In this document: piece after piece, positions 40,574-53,559 of the stretch
Numbering within the stretch: the first letter of the stretch is position 1
Layout of the letters: the number at the start of each line of letters is the position of its first letter
NCBI RefSeq assembly: GCF_037042905.1
Contig: NC_087263.1
Location: 13,394,001-13,458,000, forward strand
Source: Lytechinus pictus
Lineage: Eukaryota
Length of the DNA: 64,000 bases
Direction: 5' to 3'
The notes under the pieces: generated by a model
The model's input: only the letters and a program-made list of their open reading frames with translations
Told to the model about the DNA's origin: nothing
Databases searched by the model: none
Made by a program: the position numbers and the translations under genes

Positions 40574-40753
40574 TCAGCTGTCACCTAGCCCAATGAGTTG
40601 AGCAGTCGTAGGGTTCGATACTGGGTAGACACGCTCTCGTGCAACGACTAGTAAATTCAATCTTTTCTCCTCCGTGTTCTTCGACTGTTCCTTGACAAAA
40701 TCGGTGACGTCACGAATATTGACGATCCATTCCGTCCCGTACTTCCGCAATGT
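40574..40753 (-). CDS. DUF4291-family protein, coding exon 3 (TLRKYGTEWIVNIRDVTDFV...RERVYP...GDS*)
   Basis: Pyrimidine-rich acceptor ttcttgtatttctttttaatcaacatacAG, phase 0. EWIVNI-x-DVT and ERVYP match the DUF4291 C-terminus. TGA stop at 40576-40574. Spliced CDS is 152+295+180=627 nt = 208 aa plus stop. Confidence 0.9.
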   Translation of the reverse strand, partial: TLRKYGTEWIVNIRDVTDFVKEQSKNTEEKRLNLLVVARERVYPVSNPTTAQLIGLGDS

Positions 40754-41582
40754 CTGTATGTTGATTAAAAAGAAATACAAGAACAAAACGGTAGATGAAT
40801 TTTACATCCAAAATACTTAATATAAATAATTAGCAAAGTCCCCCTGTAAGAAATTAAAAAGAAAAAGAAAAGAAGGAAAAGATAATGAGAAATAAAAAAA
40901 GAAATGGGGGAAAATGGAGAAAGGAAGAAAAAGGCACTCGTCAAAACGGTCTTGCACCCTCTCCCCCATGAAGAAAAAAAAAACAGCGATTAGGAAAACA
41001 TTAAAATAAAACGAGAGGCCGTGGCCGACACGCTCTCTTTTTCTCCTCTGCATCGACATGAATAGCGAGTTTTCGCCATTGCAACGGGGACGGATTTTAC
41101 AACATAGTAAATCTATTAAAAATGCTTGTCAAATCACTATGAACAGCTAAGAGGTCTTTGTCGAAAATCGGTGAACCGGGATAACTGATCGACGTGAGTT
41201 TAGAAGCTGACGAAAAAACTGCAAGTGTCGTTTGTCATGAGTCACGGACGACACTGCTGTTTTGATTCACCCGTCAACTGCTTTGTCACGAAGGGCTTTT
41301 GACAATAGATTATCAACTATCAGGAAAGCGCATGCGTAGTGATTGCGTGAACTACCCTATGTCAGTTATGAAACAGTTGTAAAAGAGAACTCAACATCCG
41401 TTTCAGAAGCACTAATGAAAAACACGTGTTTATGAACGGAACAGAACAGACGTGTTTTCCACGACTGCTTCAGAACGGATCTTGAATTCTCTTTTCGTTT
41501 TGATCACACCGCGGACACAAACGTAGAGTATGACTTTGTATTTCCTTTTTGAGAGTTATACTCCGTTTCTTTTCAAATAAAT

Positions 41583-42256
41583 CTGGGTTTCAAAAGTAAC
41601 TGATCAAACCTTACAAGGGCACTACACAAAATCCACCAGGTCAAAAAGAACAATATTTTTACCCTGGCTTGTTTCAATAATCTTCATTAAACATATGTCA
41701 GTAGGTACTTGTAATTGAGAGATTGGTTCAATCACAGAGATGCTATAGCCCTTCACATCAATTGGTTTCAGAATCTAAAGTAACAAAACGGTAAAAGAAA
41801 GACCGATGAAAATGAGATGGGGTTTTAACAAACTTCCCAGTTTAGTACACATGTCCTTCACGAGCACGTTTAAGTGATTGGCTCAAGCATAAAGAAGCTC
41901 CAGGAAGTTAACCTTAAAATTTTAAATGATTGGATCATTCACACAACCACACACAAATCTTCCCGGCAGATGTCCTGGTAAGCAGTGATAGTCTGACCAT
42001 TTAAGATACAGATTGATACGGTGCAGCACCGCCTGTGTCCAGACTATCCTAAGCTTACCGGGACATCCCTTGGGGATCTCTGTGTGGCTGTGTAATTGTT
42101 ACAGTCATTTTAAAATGTTGTCAATTTCCTGTAGCTTCTTTGTGATTGAAGCAATCACTTAAACATGCCCTTGAAAGATATGTGTAACTGGGAATTTTGT
42201 TTGAATCGGTGCATTGCCCTTGCAAAGTTTGATCAGTTACTTTTTTTTAACCCAGT
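41583..42256. mobile_element. Long imperfect palindromic MITE in intron 2 of the DUF4291 gene
   Basis: CTGGGTT...AAAAGTAACTGATCAAAC.TT.CAAGGGCA / TGCCCTTGCAAAGTTTGATCAGTTACTTTT...AACCCAG. Inner arms 41830-42000 and 42040-42200 are also inverted. Confidence 0.7.
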
Positions 42257-42331
42257 TTAGGCCTATATGATTTTAATTTATGGCCTAGAGTTAAGCAACT
42301 GTATGGATATTAAAATATATAATATAGTCAC

Positions 42332-42626
42332 CTCTCCTTTAAGACCCATTTGTATCGCTCGTCTAGCTGTCTTATCGCCATTTGGTTGATGATCTGGATC
42401 CCACTGCAGTCTTACTTCAATATCCCCCTTCCCGAGTCCCGCTGCCGACTGTGCTCCTGGCGTATACGCCTTGGAAAGAATTTCATCAAAAGCTTCCCGC
42501 TTGATTCGAACAGCGAGTACCCTTTCCTGCTTAGGCTTGGAAGCCCAGCCGCACCGGTGCATCATCCAGAGAAAGTTGGTCTTGATCCATGACATTCGAT
42601 CAAAAGAAAACTGCTCGCCACCAAAC
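42332..42626 (-). CDS. DUF4291-family protein, coding exon 2 (FGGEQFSFDRMSWIKTNFLWMMHRCGW...VRLQWDPDH...RRAIQMGLKGE)
   Basis: Contains the RMSWIK/FLWMM-x-R-x-GW, VRLQWDPD and RRAIQ-x-GL motifs typical of DUF4291. Acceptor ttttttgtatacgttcaaAG|G completes the split Arg codon from exon 1. Donor GAG|GTGACT is phase 0. Confidence 0.93.
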
Positions 42627-43351
42627 CTTTGAACGTATACAAAAAACACAATTTTATTGATTGATTGTATATTCATTTTTCGTTTACGCTTCAACAATAC
42701 AATGTGGGGCAAAATATGAAATACAGAAATGTAAAATGGATCCCCAATGGAAGGCACAGCTTGTTCATTTGAGTTTCCTGATATAAATATCTTATTAAAA
42801 TATAATTTTACTTCAGTGACATTCAGATCGTACATGAAATTAACAAGGTTCAACAGAACGATAGTATAAAAAATACTATCGGTGGATAAACTCTAAAATT
42901 TGCATTTTATCTTTATACTCCAAAGTAGCCTAAATGAGACAATTAACTTAATGGAAGCATTTCAAAAAAAAGAAAAAGAAAAAAAATGGTCGCATACTTA
43001 GTTTGGTTTCTGTTTTATGTGACAGTGAACAAGTATAACAAGAAAAAAAATCAGGACCAAGGGTAGCCCCAATGGGAGAGCGAAGTGGTTCCTTGTGACT
43101 TTTTTTTTGCGTGGTAAACAAAAAATAGAAAAAGTGAGAAAACATAAAGAAAGAAGAACTAACAAAAAAGAGTCGATAATTGAGATAAAACGTAATATTT
43201 AAATTATCTGCCCCTCCCCCATCCTATCCATACCTCGATGCCACCCCTGGCCCCCTATCACCGTGTATCATGAATAAACATAATACATGTAGCTTAGGAA
43301 TGACAGCATTGTATGATTGCTTCTGAATGTACAAAACTCCATTGAAATCAT

Positions 43352-44538
43352 TTTTGTCTCGCCTGCATAGCAGAGCGAGACTATAGGCGCCGATTTTCCG
43401 ACGGCGACGGCGACGGCGGCGGCGTCAACATCAAATCTTAACCTAAGGTTAAGTTTTTGAAATGACATCATAACTTAGAAAGTATATGGACCTAGTTCGT
43501 GAAACTTGGACATAAGGTTAATCAAGTATTACTGAACATCCTGCCTGAGTTTCAGGTCACATGACCAAGGTCAAAGGTCATTTAGGGTCAATGAACTTAG
43601 ACCATGTTGGGAAAATTATTTTCAAAATCTTAACCGAAGGTTAAGATTTTGAAATGGCATCATAACTTAGAAAGTATATGGACCTAGTTCATGAAACTTG
43701 GGCATAAGGTTAATCAAGTATAAGTGAACATCCTGCTCAAGTTTCAGGTCACGTGACCAAGGTCAAAGGTCATTTAGGGTCAATGAACTTTGGCCAAGAT
43801 GGGGGTATTTGTTGAATTACCATCATAACTTTGAAAATTTATGGATTTAGTTCATGAAACTTGGACATTAGGTTAATCAAGTACCACTGAATATCCTGTG
43901 CGAGTTTCAGGTCACATGACCATGGTCAATGGTCATTTAAGGTCAATGAACTTTGGCCGTGTTGGGGGTATATGTTAAATTACCATCCTAACTCTGAAAG
44001 TTTATGGATCTAGTTCATAAAACTTGGACATAAGAGTAATCAAGTATCACTGAACATCCTGTACGAGTTTCAGGTCACATGACCATGGTCAAAGGTCATT
44101 AAAGGTCAATGAACTTTGGCCGTGTTGGGGGTATTTGTTGCATTACCATCCTAACTCTGAAGTTTATGGATCTAGTTCATAAAACTTGGGATATCAGAGT
44201 AATCAAGCATCACTGAACATCCCCTGTGAGTTTCAGGTCACAAAACCAAGTCAAAGGTCAGTTAAGGTCAATAAACTTAGGCCATGTTGGGGTAATTGTT
44301 GAAGTGCCATCATAATTTTGAAAGTTTATGGATAGAGTGAATGAAATGTGGACATGGGTGTAGTTGACAGTCTTAAGTCTCCGTTCAAATGTAATTTATG
44401 GTCAATGAACGTGGTATTATGTCATTATATGAATGATGTTTTTGTGAATTATTATCTTATAGTATTTTTCAAAGTTAGCACTGCTGCTATATTAAATTGA
44501 GTAATGCAGGCGAGACTGCCAGAGGCGTTCCACTTGTT
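43352..44538 (+). mobile_element. Helentron-associated non-autonomous element (HINE/DINE-1-like), copy A
   Basis: T-run start, 5' subTIR GTCTCGCCTGCAT with nearby inverted GCGAGAC, (GGC/GAC) microsatellite, central tandem repeats of ~150-180 bp, 3' subTIR ATGCAGGCGAGAC, short hairpin GCCAGAGGC, ends CTTGTT. Confidence 0.8.
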
Positions 44539-45489
44539 GATGAATTAATTTGGGTCTTTCCATTGATGCCTTCTACCATCAACAAGTTATTTTTTAAGAT
44601 TTTACTAGTACATCAAATTCAATATCCTTGATTTCAATTTTTAAAAATTACCTTAACATTCAAATATCAATTAATAGCTCATTTTTGCATGTATGATAGA
44701 GAAATATTTGTATCTTTACTTTGATTTAAATTCTTTTTGAAATTTTTTTGAGGATACTCTACTTATTGCCAAGTACTGTATGTAATGTGGTTTTTACTTT
44801 GCATTATAGTCACAAGCAACTCTGACTACCAATGACATTGTAATCAACAAGCTGACCCAGATTCTATCCTATCTTCGACAAGGCCAAAGAGGAAAGAAAC
44901 TCAAGAAGAAAGAAAAGGGTCAGTTTTAATTTGTATTTTGACTTGCTGTATATTGTTTTGTTTTAATATATGTTCTTGGCAACACTAATTTGATGATAAA
45001 GAACATAAATTTGATTGTTTTTATTAGTAGAAGCAAAAATAATGATGCTTTTATAAATTTGGTAAGAAATAGAATTTGCATTGGATTTGTAAGTGAAATC
45101 AAGTATTTGAGCAATTTTTTGGGGGTATGACATGCACTTACAAACTGTGGCCTTACTTTGGAACTGTGTAAATGTGGTCTCAAAAGTTGTTTGAGACTTA
45201 ACAGAAAAAAAGTCTGGAAATATTGCAGCAAAATCTTTTTGCGATTTGGAAGTACAATGGAGAATGACAACATGTGTACATACTTAATGTTTAGCATAGA
45301 TATATAAAAGAAATTAAAATTATGCCACAGTGTTAACTTCAAAAGCAAGTCAAGGTGAAAAGCTCAATTCAATAAATCATCCACCTGTATCCACAAATTT
45401 ACGAGAGCTCTAATGAATGAGATATTTTTTTATGTATGATAGAAAAGAAAATGAATAAGAAATTGCCGATAAAATTGTTTGCTCACAAA

Positions 45490-46329
45490 ACCATAGTTAA
45501 ATGAAAAATAATCAGGTATAGCAGAAACTTGATTGAATTTTGTTTGTGGATGAGAGATCATGTGGCATATTTTAATTACAAACACATTTTTGATGATACC
45601 TGTATTTTTTGTGGTTCAAAGTTAAAACTTCAAAAGTCTGCCAAGTTGATGCGCTTCATCAAATTTCTATCAAGCAGTAACCACACATTTATTTCTCTAT
45701 GAAGAATGAATAAGATTGATTTTCATGTATATATGATAATGAAATCAGGTATAGCGGAAACTTGATTGAATTTTGTTTGTGGATGAGAGATCATATGGCA
45801 TATTTTAATTACAAACACACTTTTGATGGTACCCGTTTTATTTGTGGTTCAAAGTTAAAACTTCAAAAGTCTGCCAAGTTGATGCGCTTCAAGCAGTAAC
45901 CACAAATTTATTTCTTTATGAAGAATGAATGAGATTGATTTTCATGTATATATGATAATGAAATCAGGTATAGCAGAAACTTGATTAAATTTTGTTTGTG
46001 GATGAGAGATCATATGGCATATTTTAATTACAAACACATTTTTGATGATACCTGTATTTTTTGTGGTTCAAAGTTAAAACTTCAAAAGTCTGCCAAGTTG
46101 ATGCGCTTCATCAAATTTCTATCAAGCAGTAACCACACATTTATTTCTCTATGAAGAATGAATAAGATTGATTTTCATGTATATATGATAATGAAATCAG
46201 GTATAGCAGAAACTTGATTGAATTTTGTTTGTGGATGAGAGATCATATGGCATATTTTAATTACAAACACACTTTTGATGATACCTGTATTTTTTGTGGT
46301 TCAAAGTAAAAACTTCAAAAGTCTGCCAA
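45490..46329. repeat. ~230-bp tandem repeat (about 3.6 units), continued at 56106-56345 beyond the inserted element
   Basis: AATCAGGTATAGC.GAAACTTGATT recurs near 45510, 45743, 45962 and 46195. The last unit breaks at GTCTGCCAA and resumes as CAAGTTGAT at 56106. Confidence 0.92.
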
Positions 46330-48249
46330 TAGTAGAGCGGATAAGCTCCAAAAATCACAACAATTGTGCAAATTTTGACTAAAGCATGAAACTTTCACAA
46401 GTATTAGTATATGCCGTAAGATTTATTTTAAAGATGGGAGGTAAATTTTAAAATGCCATTTTCGGCCGTTGCCATGGCAACTGATTAATTTATCAAAAAT
46501 GACATACATTTCCATGTAAATGGTATATAAACATGATATAGATGACCAAAATGATAATTTTCAAGCTCCCAATTGAATACATATAAAATAGAGAAATATT
46601 CAAGATCACCAAGATAGTTCCAATTGTAGAAAATGATTTATCGTTAATTTCCCCTAATTTTACAGTGTTAAACAAATATATTTTTGTTCCCAAACGTATA
46701 AATTACATCTCAAGCAATTGCCATGGCAACCAAATAACATCTAATTTACAAAAATAACATGGTGACAAGACAATGGACAGGTGGAAAATACAATTGGAAT
46801 TGACTTAATCTGTATGCTTAAGTTTTGACCCCCTTATTTGAACAAAAATACATAAATTGTTCTACAGGAGTTCGTTATAAAGATAAAAAATTATGTTGCC
46901 TTGATAATACTTGAATTGAATTAAAAAATTGAAATATTGCAAAGGGCCCGTTGCCATGGCAACAGCTTATTTCCCTCTAGAAACGTAAAAATATTGATAA
47001 AAATATAAAATACATGTATGATCATCATTTCATTTTAATAATTTTAAGGTACTATAGACAAACATATCGAGATATGTTTGTGACTAAATTTATAGATATA
47101 ATAAATATAACGTGGATGACAAGGTTATGGACAGGTGAAAAATACAATGAAAATTAACTTAATGTACATGCATAAAGGTTTGACCTACGCAATTAATTTA
47201 GGGGAAATAATACAGTGAGTGTTCTGCAAGAACTAATTAGAGTGATAAATATTGATGTTGCCTTGGTAATACTTGAATTCAACGATAAATATCAATGTTG
47301 CAAATGACCTGTTGCCATAGCAACGGCTCATATACCCAAGAAAAGTAACAGTTTTGATTAGAAAAGGGACTGTATAATCTGATTTTTCCTAATTTTAGGG
47401 TAAGAATGGATATGTTTGCTGTTAACATATGAATAACATCTAAAGCCATTGTCATGGCAACCAAATAACATCTAATTTGAAAGAAAAAAAAAACAACAAC
47501 AACATGGATGACAAGGTTATGGACAGGTGAAAAATACAATGAAAATTAACTTAATGTACATGCATAAGGTTTGATCTACTCAATTAATTTAGGGGAAATA
47601 ATACAGTGACTGGTCTGCATGAACTAATTAGAATATTGATGTTGCCGTGGTAATACTTGAATTCAACGATAAATATCAATGTGCAAATGACCTGTTGCCA
47701 TAGCATTGGCTCATTTACCCAAGAAAAGAAACAGTTTTGATTAGTAAAGGGACTGTATAATCTGATTTTTCTTTCATTTCCCCTAATTTTAGGGTAAGAA
47801 TGGATATGTTTGCTGTTAACATATAAATAACATCTAAAGCCATTGTCATGGCAACCAAATAACATCTAATTTGAAGAAAAAAAATTACATGGTTGACATG
47901 ATAATAGGCAGGTGGAAAATGCAATAAATAACAATTAACTCAAGGTTTGACCCAGTCAATTAATTTCAAACAAAGATTACAGTGTTTCGCATTAGTTCAT
48001 TAGAATTATAAAATTTGAGGTTGCCTTGGTAATGCTTGAATCTAATGATAAATATCAATGTTGCATATGGCCCGTTGCCATGGCAACGAATCTCTTTTTG
48101 CCAAGAAAAGTACCAAATTTGATCGAAAAACAGTTTAGAATCTACATTTTGTCATACATTTCCCCTAATTTTAGGGTGCAAAGCATTATGTTTGCTGTTG
48201 ATATACAAATAACTTAAGCCATTGCCATGACAACCAAATAACATCTAAT

Positions 48250-50910
48250 TTGGTTTCCATGCAATGGTTTTAAGGGTGAAGAAGTACATTTGGACTAGTT
48301 ACAAGGACAGCCAGTGGTCTGATGTGTCCAAAACCCTAAGACGGCTTCCAAAAATAGAGTTTGAAATGGCTGTTGATATATACATTGTACATATAAATGG
48401 ACATAGCTCATTTCATATCCGTCTGGGGTATATGATTTTGGTGTCTAGACCATGGTTTGACTAGAATGGTCAAGTAATACACTATGACAAGTTACATGGA
48501 CAGTCAGGTGTCCAGTATATTAAAAATTCCAAGATGGCTTCCAAAATGGAGTCTAAAATTGCTTTTGCTGCATTGAAAAAACGTAGTTTGTTTAATATCC
48601 TGGAATATGTTTATGTCATGGTTAAATGGATCAAATATAAATTAGGACAAGTTACAAGGACAGTCAGTGGTCAAGTATGTCCAAAAATCCAAGGTGGCTT
48701 CCAAAAATGGAATATAAAATAGCCCCTGTTACTAACAAATGAATATATTTCGTGTAATATCTGCCAGAGCATATTATTTTGATATCTAAACCATGGTTTG
48801 AAAAGTCAGAAAATACATCATGTACATTGGTACTTACAAGGACAATCCAGTATGTTTAAACATCCAAGATGGCTTCCAACAATTGAGTCTAATCGGAGTC
48901 TGTTACTTAAAAATTGACATAGTTCATTTAAATTCCACCGAGGAAAAATGATTTTGGTGTTCACACTTTGGTTTCAAGGTTAAAAGAAATATGTTTAGAC
49001 TGGTTACAATGATACCCAGTTGTCCATTTTGCATGAAAATCCAAGAGGGTTTTCAAAATGGCATCTAACATGACTTCTATCACTCAAAACTTATCAGAGT
49101 TCATACAACATCCACCTGTGAGAAACAATTTTGGTGTCTACACTGTGGTCTAAAGGGTCCACTATTACATAAGGACAAGTAACAAGGGTGGTTTGTTTTC
49201 AATTTTGTCCAAAATCCAAGGTAGATTCTAAAATTACATTGAAATGGGTGCTGTTACCAACTCTTATCTGCTTGCATTTTGAGTGTAGGCACCAAAATTA
49301 TTTATCACAAGTGGATATTATATCCACTTCAAAGTGACAGTCGTCATTTTAGAACCCATTTATGGAAGCCATCTTGGATTTTCAGGCAAAATGGACAACT
49401 ATACATTGTTGTAACTAGTCCCAAAGTATCATTTGATCCTTAAAACCCTAGTGTAGACACCAAAATAACACCTTCAGGTGTATTTTTAATGTAGTATGTA
49501 ACATTAAAGCCCCCATTTTTCATGCCATATTTGATTTTTGGGACACAATATTGACACCTGACTGTCCTTTCAACTTGACACAATGTACAGTATTAGTTGA
49601 CCCTTTAAACACTAGTGTAGACCACAAAATCATATCCCCAATGTGTATTATGTCCATTTTTAAGTAACAACAGTCAATTTAGACCCCATTTTGGAGGCCA
49701 TCTTGGATTTTTTTAACATACCAGTCTACTGACTGTCCTTGTAACTTGTTCTAATGCATTAAAAACCATGGTTTTATGATTATGGTTTAGACATCAAAAT
49801 CATATTCCCCAGACAGATATTGAACAATATCCTAATTATTCGACTATGGTTTAGACACCAGAATTACATCTCACAGGCGGATATAGAATGAGCTATGTCA
49901 ATTTTTAAGTAACAACAGTCAATTTTAGACCCCATTTTTAAAGCCACCTTGCGTTTTTTAACATACCAGACCACTGATTGTCCTTGTAACTTGTCCTAAT
50001 GCATTACTTGACCCTTTAAACTATGGTTTAGACACCAAAATCATATTCCCCAGACAAATGATGTTTATTTGTAAGTAACATTAGACTTGTTTTACACCTT
50101 TTTTTGGAAGCCATCTTGGAATTTTTGGACATACGAGACCACTGGCTGTCCGTTTGGCTTGTCCTAATGTATTATTGACTTTTGAAATCTATTTATTATT
50201 CATTTCCATTTTATTTCAGCAGGGTAGCGCTTTCAGTTACAAAAAACTTAAAACTGAATACTTATCTACAAAAATTTACTCAAGTAAAATCACAATTAAA
50301 TTTAAATTAAAAAGCTAAAATAACATACAAGCAGAGTTTTTATATTAAGTTAAATCTAAAATAACACAACTATAATATTTACATTAAATCAAAGTTAACT
50401 CTGCTTTTTAAAATTCGGAGTTAAGAGTTAAAATTCTAGATTGTTTCTTAAATATTGGGAAAGATGTGATAGTTTGCATACTCTGGGGTAAACTGTTCCA
50501 TAGATTTGAACCATAAAAATGTACAGATTTTTTGTAATGCTCTAATCGTAGTTTATACACCAAAATCATATCTCACAGGTGAATATAAAAGTAGCTATTC
50601 CACTTTTAATTATTAGTAGCCATTTTAGAATAATATTTAGAATCCATACTGGATTGTCGAACATACCTGACTGTCGTTGTAACTTGTCCTAATATTGTTA
50701 GACTCTTGAAACCAATGATTTAGACACCAAAATCACACCCCAAGACCAATATGAAATGAACTACGTCTGCATCTTTAGCTATCAGCAACCATTTTAGATT
50801 CAATTTTTTGAAGCCATTTTGGATTTTTGGACATTCCAGACCACTGACTGTTCCTATAACTTGGACCAATGTACTACTAGATCCTTAAAACCAATGAATA
50901 GAAACCAACT
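48250..50910. mobile_element. Nested inverted-repeat element with ~180-190-bp subrepeats
   Basis: Left units (48250-49260) carry TCCAAGATGGCTTCC and GTTACAAGGACAGTCAG. Right units (49270-50910) carry the reverse complements GGAAGCCATCTTGGA and CTGACTGTCCTTGTAAC. Confidence 0.75.
50190..50552 (-). mobile_element. 5'-truncated CR1/L2-type LINE fragment (ORF2 C-terminus and 3' UTR)
   Basis: Minus strand translates KLRLEHYKKSVHFYGSNLWNSLPQSMQTITSFPIFKKQ..., with the WNSLP motif typical of the CR1/L2 ORF2 end, followed by an AT-rich UTR with AATAAT/AATAAA tail. Confidence 0.75.
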
Positions 50911-51902
50911 TAAAACCATTTTATCAAGTAATGGATGAATTGTGGATTTTTAGCCTACGGCAGCCAGTGAGGGAACCATCTTGGATTTTCCTGTTACCCT
51001 GGAGTGCTTAAATTATTTTCAACCTTTCAACCAGTAAGGGTATTTTTGATCGTATATTGACCAGTCTACTTTTCATGTAAAATAACCAGTGAATAAATGA
51101 CACTTCATGTTGTATAAATTCATATGTTACTTTAAAAATTATCGCAGTATTTCAAAATTTCCTTCGTAAAAATCAGTCGTGTAATTTTGAGGGGGCCAGA
51201 TATGAAGTATCGAGCAAAATTTATTTTTAAAAGTTGTCAGCGAGTCCAGTGAGAGATCAAAAATTTCGAAAGTTTTCATTTTGGGTATAGTATTCGTAAA
51301 ATAATCATATTTCATCCATCTCTCTTTCACTTTCTCTTTATTTTTCCTAGGCAATTATTTTTTTTTGGGGGGGATAGGGTTGCAAAATTCCCGGGAATTT
51401 TCTTGATGGAAACTTTCCATGGAAATGAACAGGAATTTAGTGGGACTTTTTGGAATTTCGGCAATTTTCAGGAATTTTAAAGAAATGATGGGAATTTTTA
51501 AAAAGTAACAATTTTCTGATATTTATATGAAGGAATTGAAAGGCTTATCCTGTCAGATGATGCTCGATAGTGCTTTCCTATCAAATTTCAATCGAAGTAT
51601 TAGGCTAAAACAGTCAGACAAGGCATAATGATTTCCATGTTCAAGACCATGTAAACTCCTCAAATAGACTTAAGATTTTGATATATTGGCTCGGTGTAAA
51701 ATTGGCAGAGGTAAAAATGGCAAAGGTAAAAATGGCAGAGGAATAAATAGCGGTAATAATGGCTGAGGTAAAAATGATTCTTGAGTTGGTATTTCTTTTT
51801 TTTCCTGGACTTACTTGCACAACCTTCTCATGTCAAATCGCTCTTCTAATATTCAAATTTGAAGAACACTTTGGATCCCAAATATTGTACTTAATTCATT
51901 AC

Positions 51903-52298
51903 AGGGGAAATTCACACTGACATAAAGTTTATCAAAATGATTACAATTTTACGTGTTAATGGGGACGTCATTTGCGAGCAGTTTTCCCCATATATGGTGT
52001 AATAAAAAAATATCAATGAAATGTCATATTAAAAAAAGAAAAATGAAAATATATTAACATACCAATAATTTCATATCCACTCCTAATAGATTTTTTTAGC
52101 AATCATGAACCACAAAAGTGAAAAGTATACATTTTGGTGTATAAAATACGGGGTAGTTACTAGTATATGACGTCCCAGATCAAAAACTCAAACTTCTAAT
52201 AACTTTCTTAATCCTTGATGGGTTTTCCGCAAACCTTCACCAATATATATTTTTTCTGCTATTTTTACAGTAACCATTCGTCGCGGTGAATTTCCCCT
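51903..52298. mobile_element. Degenerate Kolobok-like MITE, family C
   Basis: AGGGGAAATTCAC ... GTGAATTTCCCCT termini. Interior resembles 62026-62497. Confidence 0.65.
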
Positions 52299-52399
52299 TC
52301 AAAACAGGTTGATAGAATGGTACCTGAGAAACACCTATGAATTTAAATCCCTGATTCGCTACACATTTCAAAATTCATGCGGTACCCGTTACCATAGAA

Positions 52400-53010
52400 T
52401 CTATTTAAGGAGCCTGATAACCACTTGGACTAGCTGCAATGAGGTATTACTCTGAAAAAAATGAACACTAGTTGCTGTTATTATATCATTTAAATTAAAC
52501 TTTATACGAACCATATCTACATCTATTCGGATCCATAATGATGTTGGAATATGAAAAATTACTTTTATTACAGAACGTTTCGTTTTTTTCTGTTATCCAA
52601 GTTAAGTTAGTGGTTCAAATAAATCCCGAACTCGTCTATTTCGTCTATTTCACACATTGGTGTTTACATTACAATTCGTTTAGTATGTATGTGATGAAGT
52701 GTTGTTCTATTTAAGGAGCCTGATAACCACTTGGACTAGCTGCAATGAGGTATTACTCTGAAAAAAATGAACACTAGTTGCTATTATTATATCATTTAAA
52801 TTAAACTTTATACGAACCATATCTACATCTATTCGGATCCATAATGATGTTGGAATATGAAAAATTACTTTTATTACAGAACGTTTCTTTTTTTTCTGTT
52901 ATCCAAGTTAAGTTAGTGGTTCAAAGAAATCCCGAACTCGTCTATTTCGTCTATTTCACACATTGGTGTTTACAATTCGTTTAGTATGTATGTGATGAAG
53001 TGTTGTTCTA
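52400..53010. repeat. Near-identical ~307-bp direct tandem duplication
   Basis: TCTATTTAAGGAGCCTGATAACCACTTGG starts at about 52400 and 52707. The copies differ by only a few bases and one small indel. Confidence 0.95.
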
Positions 53011-53259
53011 CTATACGAACTGGACAAGATAAATCCTTCCATCACTCACTAATTTAAATCATTTTGGCATGAAAATGTTTGAGTTCAATCATATCAACGA
53101 TAAAGTATAGACCTAAAATGATGGCAAAAAATCAACATAATATCTCATCAGTTCACAATACTCATTTTGTCGATAGGAGTCAATTCAAGGTCAATAATTA
53201 TGACTGATATTAACTGGAAAGGCTATATCTTTTCCTTGCTGATCTAGCATGTCATGATC

Positions 53260-53559
53260 TTTACCTCTGTCATTTTTGCTTCTGCCATTATTACCTCTGC
53301 CATTTTTACCTCTGCCATTATTACCTTTGCCATTTTTGCTTCTGCCATTTTTGCCTCTGTCATTTTTACCTCTGCCATTTTTGCCTCTGCCATTTTTACC
53401 TCTGCCATTATTACCTCTGCCATTTTTACCTCTGTCATTTTTACCTCTGCCATTATTACCTCTGCCATTTTTACCTCTGTCATTTTTACCTCTGCCATTT
53501 TTACCTCTGCCATTTTTACCTTTGCCATTATAACCTCTGCCATTTTTACCCGGCACCGA
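53260..53559. repeat. 15-bp minisatellite (CCATTTTTACCTCTG)n, about 19 units; inverted shorter partner at 51692-51778
   Basis: Direct reading of the array. The reverse-complement units GGCAGAGGTAAAAAT occur at about 51700-51778. Confidence 0.95.

Noticed and set aside
42278..42853. 191-aa ORF as a single-exon, bacterial-style gene
   Set aside because: Only 42626-42332 resembles DUF4291. The flanks are AT-rich intron with proper splice signals, and the missing N- and C-terminal motifs are in separate exons.
44926..45420. 140-aa minus-strand ORF or decayed LINE coding fragment
   Set aside because: No recognisable motif and low-complexity AT-driven composition. A highly decayed retroelement cannot be supported without BLASTx.
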